64,000 nt of DNA, from positions 32,001 through 96,000 of the IMG/VR virus record IMGVR_UViG_3300017716_002841. One strand, 5' to 3'. Positions 1-9,565 of the stretch are shown piece after piece. Every line of letters begins with the position of its first letter. The stretch's first letter is position 1. The notes under the pieces were generated by a model. It was given only the letters and a program-made list of their open reading frames with translations, ran no database searches and was not told where the DNA came from. The stretch is from a virus. The position numbers and the translations under genes were made by a program.

Positions 1-1
1 T

Positions 2-781
2 TATGATACTTGGAATGCCTACGAGGTGTCTGGATTAACTAATTTTGGCTTACCTGTTGTAGGAATTGCAAAAATTGTATACCCGTGCGATAGTAAGTAC
101 ATTGTTGAGTCGAAATCGCATAAGTTATATTTTAATACATTTAATATGACGAAGCTTGGTGATACTGCGCAAGAAGTTCTTAATGAAATTAGTGCTCGTG
201 TTACAAAGGATTTATCTGAGTTACTTGAATGTAGTGTTCGTGTTACTGTTGCTAGTAACGAATATGTATTAAGTGAAAATACATCTGCATATACTGAATG
301 GGGTCACGATCAGAAGCTTCTACGTCAACGTTCATATATTACTCTCGAAGAAGAGTATCCTATTGATAGTGTAGAGTTTAGTGTTTATAATGAAACACCT
401 GAGCTGCTTGAAGTGTTGGTCTCCGAAGTACATGACGTATACTATCATAGTGCGTTGCTTAAATCAAACTGCAGAGTAACCTCACAACCTGATTGGGGCG
501 ATGTCTATATTCATATGTCTGGTCCCAAGACTGTTGACCCTATTTCACTTCTAAAGTATATTATCTCTTTTAGAGATGAATGTCATTTTCATGAAGAAAT
601 TTGCGAAACTATTTATAAGCGCCTTTTAGATATTGTACAGCCTGAAGCTCTTGTGGTACGTTGTTTGTATGCTCGGCGAGGCGGTTTGGATATTAACCCT
701 GAACGTGCTTCACATAAGAGCTTACTTCATTACACTCTAAGCGATAGCTCGGTGCCTCATATTAAGACTCCAAAGCAATAA
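2..781 (+). CDS. queF: NADPH-dependent 7-cyano-7-deazaguanine reductase, bimodular (E. coli-type) QueF; 5' end outside window
   Basis: Motifs LKSNCRVTSQPDWG (catalytic Cys/Asp), HFHEEICE and YARRGGLDINP. Frame is open from base 2 (YDTWNAYEVSGL, resembling the QueF N-module). Confidence 0.93.
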   Translation, partial: YDTWNAYEVSGLTNFGLPVVGIAKIVYPCDSKYIVESKSHKLYFNTFNMTKLGDTAQEVLNEISARVTKDLSELLECSVRVTVASNEYVLSENTSAYTEWGHDQKLLRQRSYITLEEEYPIDSVEFSVYNETPELLEVLVSEVHDVYYHSALLKSNCRVTSQPDWGDVYIHMSGPKTVDPISLLKYIISFRDECHFHEEICETIYKRLLDIVQPEALVVRCLYARRGGLDINPERASHKSLLHYTLSDSSVPHIKTPKQ

Positions 782-794
782 TTCTTATTATTTT

Positions 795-832
795 AAAAAA
801 ACCCCGATACTGTAAAGTATCGGGGTTTTTTT
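795..832 (+). terminator. Rho-independent terminator
   Basis: ACCCCGATACT-GTAA-AGTATCGGGGT stem with GNRA loop, flanked by A and T tracts, right after queF. Confidence 0.9.
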
Positions 833-853
833 ATCTGAAGATTAAATAAAGAT

Positions 854-1177
854 ATGGCAGCAGTTCCAACAACTAATAACGGTTCAACTTTTTATAATCA
901 GAACGACTGTAGATCGTTTAAACAGTCTATCGGTACAGCATTAGTGCAGCTTTCATCTTACCCTTGTTCAGAGGTTATTATTACAAATAAAACAGGTGTT
1001 AATGTTACCATATTTGATAATGGGTACAACAATGCACTTAACTCAATGCTATTAAGTAATAATGATACGTATACATTTAGAGGGATAACAAATACATCGG
1101 TTGTATCAGCTAGTGCAGCATCTACCGGTGATATATACTTTAGAACACAATACTTTAGTGTCTTACCACAAAGGTAA
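854..1177 (+). CDS. Hypothetical late protein (beta-rich, possibly virion)
   Basis: 107-aa ORF with TAAATA at 843-848, 5 nt before ATG. Confidence 0.6.
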   Translation: MAAVPTTNNGSTFYNQNDCRSFKQSIGTALVQLSSYPCSEVIITNKTGVNVTIFDNGYNNALNSMLLSNNDTYTFRGITNTSVVSASAASTGDIYFRTQYFSVLPQR

Positions 1178-1210
1178 TTGCATTAATTAGAGTTTGACTA
1201 AATATACTAA

Positions 1211-3232
1211 ATGAGACTGTTTAGCGAAAAGGTAGTACCTACCTTTACTAGCTCTAACCAGAACATCTTAATTATTAAAGATTTCAAAGAAGTCTTTTTT
1301 GATGTTTATGAGTTAGAGATAAACGGAAGTAAATACATAGCAGAGAAGGTTTCTGAATATAAAGGAAATCCTGTAGTAAATATTCCTATAGTAATTGAGG
1401 GTAGAGAATTGGAAGCTCCGTTTGTAATACAACGTGGTGAATTTGAAGTTATTTTTAACGAGTCAAATTCTACCTTTATAAAGGTGGCTTCTGATAAACC
1501 AGAAGAAGTCTTTATTGAAGAAAAAAGTAGAGAAGAAGAAGTAGAAGAAATTATCTTTGAAAAGAAGGAGTCTATTTTAGAGGAAATAAAACAAGCTAGA
1601 CAAGCTGCAACTAGATTTGCAGATGCTATTCAGCAAAGAAATTTAAGTCGACTAGAAGAACGTGGTAATAGAGAACAAGAAGTTTTTGTTGAGTCTACTG
1701 AAAATTTTAAAAAGGTTCTTTTAGAAGAATTTTTAGGTGTAGCGGAGAATGCACGTGAAGAATTATTTACTTACACTCAGCAAGAAAATGCAAAAACGTA
1801 TGATTATATTACAGATACTATTACACAGTTAGCAGAAAAGCTTACACACGATTTAAATAACGAAGTTACTGCACATAATGAGAACGCGGTTAAATTATTC
1901 GAAAATAATATTTCATCTTTAGCTAAGAACATATTAACTGATAAGTTACTTAAAAAAATTGCTACGAATAATATTGAGAATAATAAAGCTTTAGATATTA
2001 AGTTTGAAACAGTATCTAAAACACTTGCTAAGGTTCTCGGTGATTACGAAGTTCAGCTAGATGAGAAGATAAAAGCAGCTTTAAATAGCTACGAATCACA
2101 CATCATAACACTAGAGCAGTCAAATATTGAGCTTAATGATTCTATTACTAAAAGTTCAAATAAGGCTTTAAGCCGTATCGGTAATATTAAGACTCAGTTA
2201 GAGGAATCTATAACTAATATATCTTCCGAATTAACAGATAAGATTACTTTAGCTGAAGTCAAGATTAAAGACTATTACGATGAACGTATAAATTTAATTG
2301 AAGATAGTGTTACAGATATTGCTGCATCTGATAAGGCTCATATATTAGAGCTTATAGAAGAGAGCAAGCAGTCTATATTAAGAGAGGTATCATTAATTAA
2401 AGGTACGGTTCCAGCTTTAGTAACTGAAAAGACCTTGGAGACCAAGGGAGACGTCGATGTAAAAAAGATTAAGACAGACTTAGAGAAATCTATTTCAAAT
2501 AGGTTTACACAAGAGCTCGCTAACGTCCGACGTATTATAGAGCTATCTTCAGGTGGTGGTTCTGTAGCTCAACAGTTTGCTAACGGTGGTACAATGAACG
2601 GTACCTTAAACGTTACAGGGCAATACCTTTCCGGGGGTGTAGATTTATATGATATTATAGCAAACAGTGGAGATATAGTAGTGGATACACTAGTACGCTC
2701 CAGTAGTGGTAACTGGAATAACGCGTATAATACTAGTGTTGTTTATCAATCTAATAGCGCAACATATTCTACTATAGATTTTGTAAATTCTAAATTCTTT
2801 CCTCTATCTGGAGGAACAATTACCGGAGACACACGCTTTAATAGTAATGTAACTATATTTGGTAATCTTACTACTACAGGTACAACTACATTCGCCAATA
2901 CGGTATTCTCTGTCACCAGTGCTTTAAGTGTAGTACATATTGGCGCTGGACCTGCTGTATGGGTAGGTAATTTTGGAACAGGTGATATTGCTTCCTTTTA
3001 CGATATAGATCAAAACGTAGAAATACTTCATGTCGGTGGTATAAACTCTACTTACCCTAACGTAGGTATTAAAACATCATCACCAAATAAGACGTTTACT
3101 GTAGTAGGTGAGATATCAGCAACATCTGACATTACAACTAGCGGTAATATATATGGTAACGATATATATTCTAATAATTTTAAACTGGCATCAGAAAATT
3201 TTGCTATAGCTATGGCTATTGCTTTAGGATAA
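1211..3232 (+). CDS. Coiled-coil plus fibre-like virion protein
   Basis: Acidic helical N-terminal two-thirds, SSGGGS linker, then Gly/Thr/Asn-rich fibre-like region (GGTMNGTL, PLSGGTITG, NVGIKTSSP). Ends AIAMAIALG. TAAATA at 1199-1204. Confidence 0.6.
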   Translation: MRLFSEKVVPTFTSSNQNILIIKDFKEVFFDVYELEINGSKYIAEKVSEYKGNPVVNIPIVIEGRELEAPFVIQRGEFEVIFNESNSTFIKVASDKPEEVFIEEKSREEEVEEIIFEKKESILEEIKQARQAATRFADAIQQRNLSRLEERGNREQEVFVESTENFKKVLLEEFLGVAENAREELFTYTQQENAKTYDYITDTITQLAEKLTHDLNNEVTAHNENAVKLFENNISSLAKNILTDKLLKKIATNNIENNKALDIKFETVSKTLAKVLGDYEVQLDEKIKAALNSYESHIITLEQSNIELNDSITKSSNKALSRIGNIKTQLEESITNISSELTDKITLAEVKIKDYYDERINLIEDSVTDIAASDKAHILELIEESKQSILREVSLIKGTVPALVTEKTLETKGDVDVKKIKTDLEKSISNRFTQELANVRRIIELSSGGGSVAQQFANGGTMNGTLNVTGQYLSGGVDLYDIIANSGDIVVDTLVRSSSGNWNNAYNTSVVYQSNSATYSTIDFVNSKFFPLSGGTITGDTRFNSNVTIFGNLTTTGTTTFANTVFSVTSALSVVHIGAGPAVWVGNFGTGDIASFYDIDQNVEILHVGGINSTYPNVGIKTSSPNKTFTVVGEISATSDITTSGNIYGNDIYSNNFKLASENFAIAMAIALG

Positions 3233-3258
3233 CATACAATTAAAACTGAGAAATATAG

Positions 3259-3999
3259 ATGAAGACATTAACAACAAACTACGCTTTTACCGCGTCTCCA
3301 ATAGGTAAGGTACAGCTTTTAAGCTATCCTACTATTACATTAGATCAAATACTTCTGGTAACTAATGTAACTAGTAATACTATTATCTATAATTTTGCTG
3401 ACCCAACTAAAGGAGGTTATTTAACTGGTAATATTTTAACATTAAGTGCTACTACAACTTCAATGTTGAGTTCTGATAGACTTCAGATATTTATTGATGA
3501 TCTAACAGTACCTGTATATGCAAGATATCAAGATTCTACATCTTATTCACCTGTTACATCAATATCAGCAGTTCCAGCATTAACTGGTACGAATGCCTTC
3601 CTTACTATAGATGCACAGACAGGCGGTGCTATGGCATTACAAGGAGATTTAGATAAAGATATTGATAGTGTTACAACTTTCGATATAGGTTATGGCTCTG
3701 TATCGAACTACTTAACAGGAGCTACATTAGGCACTGCTATAACTGGTGTTGGTACTCAAGTTCTTTCTGCTAATTCCAATAGAATTACTTTATTCGGTCA
3801 AAATCTCGGAACCTTACCACTATATGTCAAATACGGGTTAGGTTGTAATCAAAACTCGTTTAACTTTATGCTATACCCAGGATCACTAGCATATGACGGT
3901 AGAGGAGAGAAATTCTCTGATGATAGATACAAGGGAGATGTCTCCGTAAACACATTGTCTGGATTATCTGGGCAATACATCTTTTGGGAGGGAGTTTAA
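3259..3999 (+). CDS. Putative tail/baseplate-associated structural protein
   Basis: Thr/Ser-rich beta protein; ILLVTNVTSNTIIYNFADP resembles phage structural proteins; context. Confidence 0.5.
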   Translation: MKTLTTNYAFTASPIGKVQLLSYPTITLDQILLVTNVTSNTIIYNFADPTKGGYLTGNILTLSATTTSMLSSDRLQIFIDDLTVPVYARYQDSTSYSPVTSISAVPALTGTNAFLTIDAQTGGAMALQGDLDKDIDSVTTFDIGYGSVSNYLTGATLGTAITGVGTQVLSANSNRITLFGQNLGTLPLYVKYGLGCNQNSFNFMLYPGSLAYDGRGEKFSDDRYKGDVSVNTLSGLSGQYIFWEGV

Positions 4000-4001
4000 T
4001 T

Positions 4002-4469
4002 ATGCCTATTACGTTCTCAGGATCAAGTCAATTTTACGGACCATCTTTTGGTGTTTACGGTAGTACACCAACTACTTTTCCAGATGGTGTTTGGACTAAA
4101 ATAAACTTTAACACAGCATATTTTAATATTAATACTAATTTTTCAACAGCTAGTAGTAGATTCACACCAACAGTTCCGGGATATTATCAATTAAACAGTT
4201 CAGCGCAATTGTCTATTTCTGCAACTCCATCAGGTGGTTCGTCTATTTTCGCTCTATATCGTAACGGTGTTGAATTTCAAAGAGGATCAAGACTTCCTAA
4301 CAATACTGCTGGTATAGGTGTCACATTTACATCTATAGTTTCTGCTAACGGAACTACTGATTTTTTTGAAATGTATCTTATCCAAGGATCTGGTGATACG
4401 GTAATTACAGAATCCTCAACAGCAAATGTATGCCCTCAATTTAGTGGAGAATTCGTAAGAAGTCTATAA
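4002..4469 (+). CDS. C1q-like (gC1q) domain protein
   Basis: KINFNTAYFNINTNFSTASSRFTPTVPGYYQLN and terminal FSGEFV fit the C1q pattern; ATG at 4002. Confidence 0.7.
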   Translation: MPITFSGSSQFYGPSFGVYGSTPTTFPDGVWTKINFNTAYFNINTNFSTASSRFTPTVPGYYQLNSSAQLSISATPSGGSSIFALYRNGVEFQRGSRLPNNTAGIGVTFTSIVSANGTTDFFEMYLIQGSGDTVITESSTANVCPQFSGEFVRSL

Positions 4470-5392
4470 TGAAATATTACGGAATACAAAACGAAGTAAA
4501 ATCCTATATAAATCGCTTACAAAGCGAACAAGGTATCGTTGTGTCTTCTTCTGCAATAAAAGCCATTAATGATAGAGTAGAAAGTCTAAAGAAGTCTGGT
4601 GATTGGTCTAGGTTTAGCTTAGGCTTTAATGATGTAGATGGTGATGCATATCTCAGTAGAGCAGGAGTCACAGATCCTTTAGGGAGATGTGAAGTGCTTT
4701 GGTTTACTAGAGGAATGAAGGCTCTAGATTTGTGGAATAATATGGTTTGTTGGCCTTTAAGAAACTATCAAAATGCTGGTACAGGCGCTACTGTTTTTAG
4801 TTTAGGGGGATTGGGCGTTTTTAACGGTACAGCTGTAAATAGCCCAACGTGGGGTATAAATGGATTTACATTTTCTAATCCAGGAGTTGGTACAAATACA
4901 CAAAGAATTAATTTACAAACTGTATTAGGAACATCAGACATTAATAGTTTTGCTTATGGAGCAGCATCAATAAATTCAACTTCTAACTTTAATCGTATTT
5001 TCGATATTCAGAATGGAGTAAATACTACGGAAAGAAATCCGTTTTTAACTTTAGGTTTTAATAATCAGCTTAACTTTCAATTACCAAATAAGCCATCTGG
5101 TATTTCTGTATCACTTTCTAAAGTTATTTCTATTGATACTTTTAATTCTGTAATAGGTAGTAAAGTTGGTAATTTAGTTAGAGTAAGTTTAAATGCTTCA
5201 TTAACAGATACAGCAACTACAACAGCAGCAGGATTTGTTGTACCAGCAGCAACATCACAATCAGCTATAATACATTTCAACGGAACAATAGCAATATCAT
5301 TACTAGGAAGATTCGACGCTAATACAACCCTCATTACTACGGTTAATAATCTCTATAAATCAACCCTCGGAAACGGCTTAGGCTTACCATAA
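4469..5392 (+). CDS. Putative fibre/adhesin paralog 1 (doubled helical N-module plus lectin-like domain)
   Basis: Shares LWnnmvcWPlR..NaGtG..SLGG and C-terminal LYKSTLGNGLGLP with the downstream paralogs. Confidence 0.6.
   Translation: MKYYGIQNEVKSYINRLQSEQGIVVSSSAIKAINDRVESLKKSGDWSRFSLGFNDVDGDAYLSRAGVTDPLGRCEVLWFTRGMKALDLWNNMVCWPLRNYQNAGTGATVFSLGGLGVFNGTAVNSPTWGINGFTFSNPGVGTNTQRINLQTVLGTSDINSFAYGAASINSTSNFNRIFDIQNGVNTTERNPFLTLGFNNQLNFQLPNKPSGISVSLSKVISIDTFNSVIGSKVGNLVRVSLNASLTDTATTTAAGFVVPAATSQSAIIHFNGTIAISLLGRFDANTTLITTVNNLYKSTLGNGLGLP
5354..5376 (+). repeat. 23-bp exact direct repeat, copy 1 (copy 2 at 8581-8603)
   Basis: TATAAATCAACCCTCGGAAACGG occurs at both positions. Confidence 0.9.
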
Positions 5393-5393
5393 T

Positions 5394-6209
5394 ATGGCAA
5401 AAAGATATTACAATTTAGAAAAAGAAACAAAAGCTTATTTAAAGGCTTGTGATGATAGAGGTATTGTTCCTTTTGCTGGGATTGATACTATAAATAATTT
5501 CTGTTTGAAGCAAAAGACCTTCAATAGACACGCTGAGATATCTGATCCTAGATTACTAAGTAATGTGGCTGCATGGTTTGATGCTAGTGATTTTTCTACA
5601 TTAATAAAAACAGTTGCTACTAATACACTAGCGGGAGTTGGTGATACAGTAGAGCGCTGGATTGATAAATCAGGAAATAATAGATATGCAGAACAGGCAA
5701 CTTTAATTAAACAACCAACCTTAAATATAACAAGTGGTTATAATAATTTAAACTTTGATGGTATTGACGATGGCTTATATAGAATCATATCCCAATCATT
5801 GCCACTAACGGTTTTTGTAGTTTGTTTACAAAAAACAAGTACTACAAATGATCTTATATTTCATACAGGAACCGCTGGCTTTGTATTGCAGATTAGACAA
5901 AAAGGTGGTGGTGGTTTAGTTAACAATGGAGGTACAGCAGATTTAAATACCTCACTAAATATAATACAGTTATTAGGAGCAAGAACCACAACAAATCAAC
6001 AATCTATTCGATTTAATAGCGGCTCTGAAACTATATATTCTGGACCCACTCTTACAGCTACTACTATAACCATAGGTAATCAATCTAACGTGCAAGGATT
6101 TTGTGATGTTAGGATTTTTGAAATTTGTTTATTTTCTGAAGATATGAGCGAAACAAAACAAAGCATAGTTAAAAACTATTTAAATTGTAAATACAATATT
6201 TATCTATGA
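5394..6209 (+). CDS. Putative adhesin paralog 2 (shared N-module, different LamG-like C-domain)
   Basis: N-terminus YNLEKETKAYL shared with the array; then WFDASD..WIDKSGNN..QP..FDGIDD, a LamG/ConA-like phage pattern. Confidence 0.6.
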   Translation: MAKRYYNLEKETKAYLKACDDRGIVPFAGIDTINNFCLKQKTFNRHAEISDPRLLSNVAAWFDASDFSTLIKTVATNTLAGVGDTVERWIDKSGNNRYAEQATLIKQPTLNITSGYNNLNFDGIDDGLYRIISQSLPLTVFVVCLQKTSTTNDLIFHTGTAGFVLQIRQKGGGGLVNNGGTADLNTSLNIIQLLGARTTTNQQSIRFNSGSETIYSGPTLTATTITIGNQSNVQGFCDVRIFEICLFSEDMSETKQSIVKNYLNCKYNIYL

Positions 6210-7024
6210 TCAATTCAAAATCATACGGGCTTCAAACTGAGACAAGACAATATCTAAGAAGATTATATGCTTATGGTAGAGAATTAAATTTGTCTGATGT
6301 TTCGGATATTGATAATTTCATAGCAGGATTAAAGCAATTAAATTTGTGGAATCGTATAGTTTGCTACCCTCTTAGATCTATTCATAATATTGGAACTGGT
6401 AGCATAGTTTTAAGTTTAGGAGGATATAAGCATACGCAATCATTTGATGGTACTCTAATTAATAGTCCTGTATGGAATTTGAATGGTCTAATCTTTTCAA
6501 ATCCGACATCAAGCTCAAATATTCAAAGAATTGATATTAATACAGTAATACCGAGAACCAGAATAAATTCATTTGTCTTTGGATGTGGATCGATAAGCAC
6601 AACCACAAACTTCAATAGATATACAGATCTACAAGACGGTTCCGCAAATGGTTACAATCCGTTACTGCAACACGGAGTTACCAGATTAGATGGCTGCTCT
6701 TTTCTTATGCCAAATAAAACAATTTCTTCATCTCCTCAAGTTAGTATAACTACAGCAAGTATTGTTTTGAATGCATTTAATACGTTTTGCGGTAGTAAGC
6801 AAGGAAATACAATAAGAGCGACAATAAATGGATCTATAACTAATACAGCCAATGCTACTAGTGGGTTCTCACAACCGACAGCGAACAATGGAACTATATG
6901 TGCTTTTTATAATGGAACTATTTCTTTTACCGCTTTAGGTGATTTTGATTTGAGTTTAGCCCAAGTGCAAGAATTTAATAATTTATACAAAACAACAATT
7001 GGAAAAGGATTAGGATTACCATAA
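6206..7024 (+). CDS. Putative adhesin paralog 3
   Basis: Same N-module and LYKTTIGKGLGLP end; central region clearly similar to paralog 1. Confidence 0.6.
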   Translation: MINSKSYGLQTETRQYLRRLYAYGRELNLSDVSDIDNFIAGLKQLNLWNRIVCYPLRSIHNIGTGSIVLSLGGYKHTQSFDGTLINSPVWNLNGLIFSNPTSSSNIQRIDINTVIPRTRINSFVFGCGSISTTTNFNRYTDLQDGSANGYNPLLQHGVTRLDGCSFLMPNKTISSSPQVSITTASIVLNAFNTFCGSKQGNTIRATINGSITNTANATSGFSQPTANNGTICAFYNGTISFTALGDFDLSLAQVQEFNNLYKTTIGKGLGLP

Positions 7025-7025
7025 T

Positions 7026-7820
7026 ATGCCTACTACACGAAAATACACTTTCGACATAGATACTAAACGCTATCTTAATAGAGTTAATGCTTATAGACAA
7101 TTAAATGGTCTAGATAAGATAGCTAATGCTGATGCTGTAGATATTGATAATTTTATTATTGGATTAAAAGATTTAGGTGTATGGCACTCATCTACATTTT
7201 GGATAATGAATAGTAATTATAATGTGGGTGCTGGATCTATTATATTACCGATTGGTGGTTGGTTTAAATATGATGCTCCAATTACAAATAGTGCTACATG
7301 GAGTGTTTCTGGAATTTATCATGGTGGTACTGCTGGTGGTGTTACTATTAGAAATGTTCCTAGTATTAATAATTTTTCTATTTTTAGTTGTTGTAATGCT
7401 TTATTAAGTAATCCTAATCCCTTTTATATGTTCGCTGGACTTACTAAAAATTATAGACCAGTAGTTCAAAATTCTGGTCAAACAGGTTTTAATAGATTAC
7501 AAATATTTAACAGCGCTCTTGTTTCTATCGGGGTTAATGATAATTCAGCCACAAACTACCAGAGTGCCTTTAGAACATTTCAAGGTAATTTTTCACCATC
7601 ATCAATCATTAGATATGATAACTCATCTTTAAGAACAATAGCAAGAACAAATGATCCTGTAGATACCTGTGATTATATTATAGGTGGTAGTCAGTTTTCT
7701 AGCAACTTTGGAGCTACCATCTTCACACCTATATTTGGATTAGTAACAGGTTTTAACACACCCGTGTTATTTAATTTATATAAAGCTACAATAGGCAAAA
7801 ATTTAAATCTAGGAACATAA
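7026..7820 (+). CDS. Putative adhesin paralog 4
   Basis: DIDNFIIGLKDLGVW..NVGAGS motif; ends LYKATIGKNLNLGT. Confidence 0.6.
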   Translation: MPTTRKYTFDIDTKRYLNRVNAYRQLNGLDKIANADAVDIDNFIIGLKDLGVWHSSTFWIMNSNYNVGAGSIILPIGGWFKYDAPITNSATWSVSGIYHGGTAGGVTIRNVPSINNFSIFSCCNALLSNPNPFYMFAGLTKNYRPVVQNSGQTGFNRLQIFNSALVSIGVNDNSATNYQSAFRTFQGNFSPSSIIRYDNSSLRTIARTNDPVDTCDYIIGGSQFSSNFGATIFTPIFGLVTGFNTPVLFNLYKATIGKNLNLGT

Positions 7821-7821
7821 T

Positions 7822-8622
7822 ATGCCAAGAACAAGAACATTTGGATTAGATAAAGACACTATAGCATTTGCCGCTAGAGTAAAAGCTGGTAGCGGGAAAA
7901 CTATATTACCCGAAAACTTAAAACAAATTAATAAATTTGTAATAGGTATAAAGAAATTAGGATTATGGAATACTATGGTTTGCTGGCCAATGAGAGGCAT
8001 CCATAATGCTGGTACTGGATCTACTGTTTATAGCCTTGGAGGTTTAGGTATTCATAATGGAACACTAACCAACACTATAGAGTGGAGTAATCTTGGTTTA
8101 AAAACATTTAACACTATAGCTGGCAGCGTTGTCGGTACTTTTAGATCTGCTAACAGTTCGAATTTTCCCATAACATTGCTTGCTGTTAATATAAGAAATA
8201 GTAATAATTATACTATTGGTATTGATCCTCTTATACAGGTCGGAACATCAACTAATAGCCTCTCTTTATCAAGAAGAGGAAACAGTAATGCCGACAACTA
8301 CACTATAAGAAATAACTCAGGGCTAAATATATCCAGTCCCGCCATAACACCTTTTCAATGGTATACTATTTATTCCAGCATAAATTCCAATTTAGCTAAT
8401 TTGAGTATTAACAAAAGATTAGCTTCGTATCAGCAAAACATATCAGCACAAACGTTATTACCGACAAATACTTCTTTTATATTATCAGACAGTCCAGCTA
8501 GCGGCACTGGGGATTCAATACAGCAATTTGCTTCTATATTTTTGAATACTCCAACCAACGATGCCACATTACATGATCTATATAAATCAACCCTCGGAAA
8601 CGGACTAAGATTACCATATTGA
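7822..8622 (+). CDS. Putative adhesin paralog 5
   Basis: LGLWNTMVCWPMRGIHNAGTGSTVYSLGG; ends LYKSTLGNGLRLPY. Confidence 0.6.
   Translation: MPRTRTFGLDKDTIAFAARVKAGSGKTILPENLKQINKFVIGIKKLGLWNTMVCWPMRGIHNAGTGSTVYSLGGLGIHNGTLTNTIEWSNLGLKTFNTIAGSVVGTFRSANSSNFPITLLAVNIRNSNNYTIGIDPLIQVGTSTNSLSLSRRGNSNADNYTIRNNSGLNISSPAITPFQWYTIYSSINSNLANLSINKRLASYQQNISAQTLLPTNTSFILSDSPASGTGDSIQQFASIFLNTPTNDATLHDLYKSTLGNGLRLPY
8581..8603 (+). repeat. 23-bp exact direct repeat, copy 2
   Basis: Identical to 5354-5376. Confidence 0.9.
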
Positions 8623-8652
8623 AATACACAATTAATAAACTAAAATAAACAC

Positions 8653-9021
8653 ATGAACTTCTCAACAGAATTTAAAACATTTGCTTTCCCAGAAGCACTA
8701 GTAGAACAGCTCCCACTTCTCAATGAACAATTTGGAGAAGATGCAACTGATGGACTATTAACGGTAAAAACTATTGCTTGTGGCTGGGATGATAGTGAAC
8801 ATACAACTCTTAGAGCTTCAAGATTCCCAGAAACAGCTTCGCTTACAGATCTTACTGATGGAAGAAAAGCTTACACAGCCCTTTGGTCGTTAAAATTACT
8901 TGATGTTTTTAATCAGGGATTATTCCCAGATGTTCAAGAATTGACTACAGAAGAAATGCAAGCTTTATTGCCTGTATATGAAGAACCAGTTTTAGAATCA
9001 CCTATTGAAGAATTAATATAA
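8653..9021 (+). CDS. Hypothetical acidic protein (possible fibre assembly chaperone)
   Basis: 122-aa ORF closing the array before a terminator; function inferred from position only. Confidence 0.45.
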   Translation: MNFSTEFKTFAFPEALVEQLPLLNEQFGEDATDGLLTVKTIACGWDDSEHTTLRASRFPETASLTDLTDGRKAYTALWSLKLLDVFNQGLFPDVQELTTEEMQALLPVYEEPVLESPIEELI

Positions 9022-9026
9022 ATAAT

Positions 9027-9061
9027 AAAAAAGCCTAGTAACTTAATACTAGGCTTTTTTT
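9027..9061. terminator. Bidirectional Rho-independent terminator
   Basis: AAAAAAGCCTAGTA-ACTTAA-TACTAGGCTTTTTTT between convergent genes. Confidence 0.9.
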
Positions 9062-9082
9062 ATGTTTAAACTTTAGTAACGA

Positions 9083-9490
9083 TTAGCGATAACCTAGGAG
9101 CCATAGTCTTTTTATCTCTGGATACGAAGTATCAAATCCGTTTGCAGTAAGTACTTGTCGTGTAGTACCTGTTAAGCATGTAAAGATGGAAGAAGATTCA
9201 TCTGTATATATAACTGCAAAGGTTGCGTTGTTATACGCTCTATCTACTCTGAATGTAGTACCGTCATTAGCGGAGAGTGTAGCAAAACTACCTGTACCAG
9301 ATGCAGGAGAAGTAAGAGTATTAAATGCTAATCCTTGTACACGTAGAGTACTAAGAGTGCCTGTATTAGTACCTGTAGTAATTAACTCTACTGTTTTATA
9401 TTCACCAGCACTAGAGAGTGAATATGTAAGGTTTGAAGGTGTTTGTCCAAACGCTGAAAGAACTTGATTGTTAAAGCCTATAACTGCCAT
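9083..9490 (-). CDS. Hypothetical late (probably virion) protein
   Basis: ATG at 9490 preceded by TAAATA; Thr/Ser/Gly-rich. Confidence 0.55.
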   Translation of the reverse strand: MAVIGFNNQVLSAFGQTPSNLTYSLSSAGEYKTVELITTGTNTGTLSTLRVQGLAFNTLTSPASGTGSFATLSANDGTTFRVDRAYNNATFAVIYTDESSSIFTCLTGTTRQVLTANGFDTSYPEIKRLWLLGYR

Positions 9491-9565
9491 ATTAATATTT
9501 ATTCCTTTAGGTAGTATTTTTGTCAAATCAGCGACTACCTGCACGACTTTCTATAAAATGTATTT

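Noticed and set aside
4469-8622. Diversity-generating retroelement or shufflon behind the paralog array
   Set aside because: No reverse transcriptase or recombinase in the window, no near-identical TR/VR pair with adenine-specific mismatches seen, and all copies are co-oriented.
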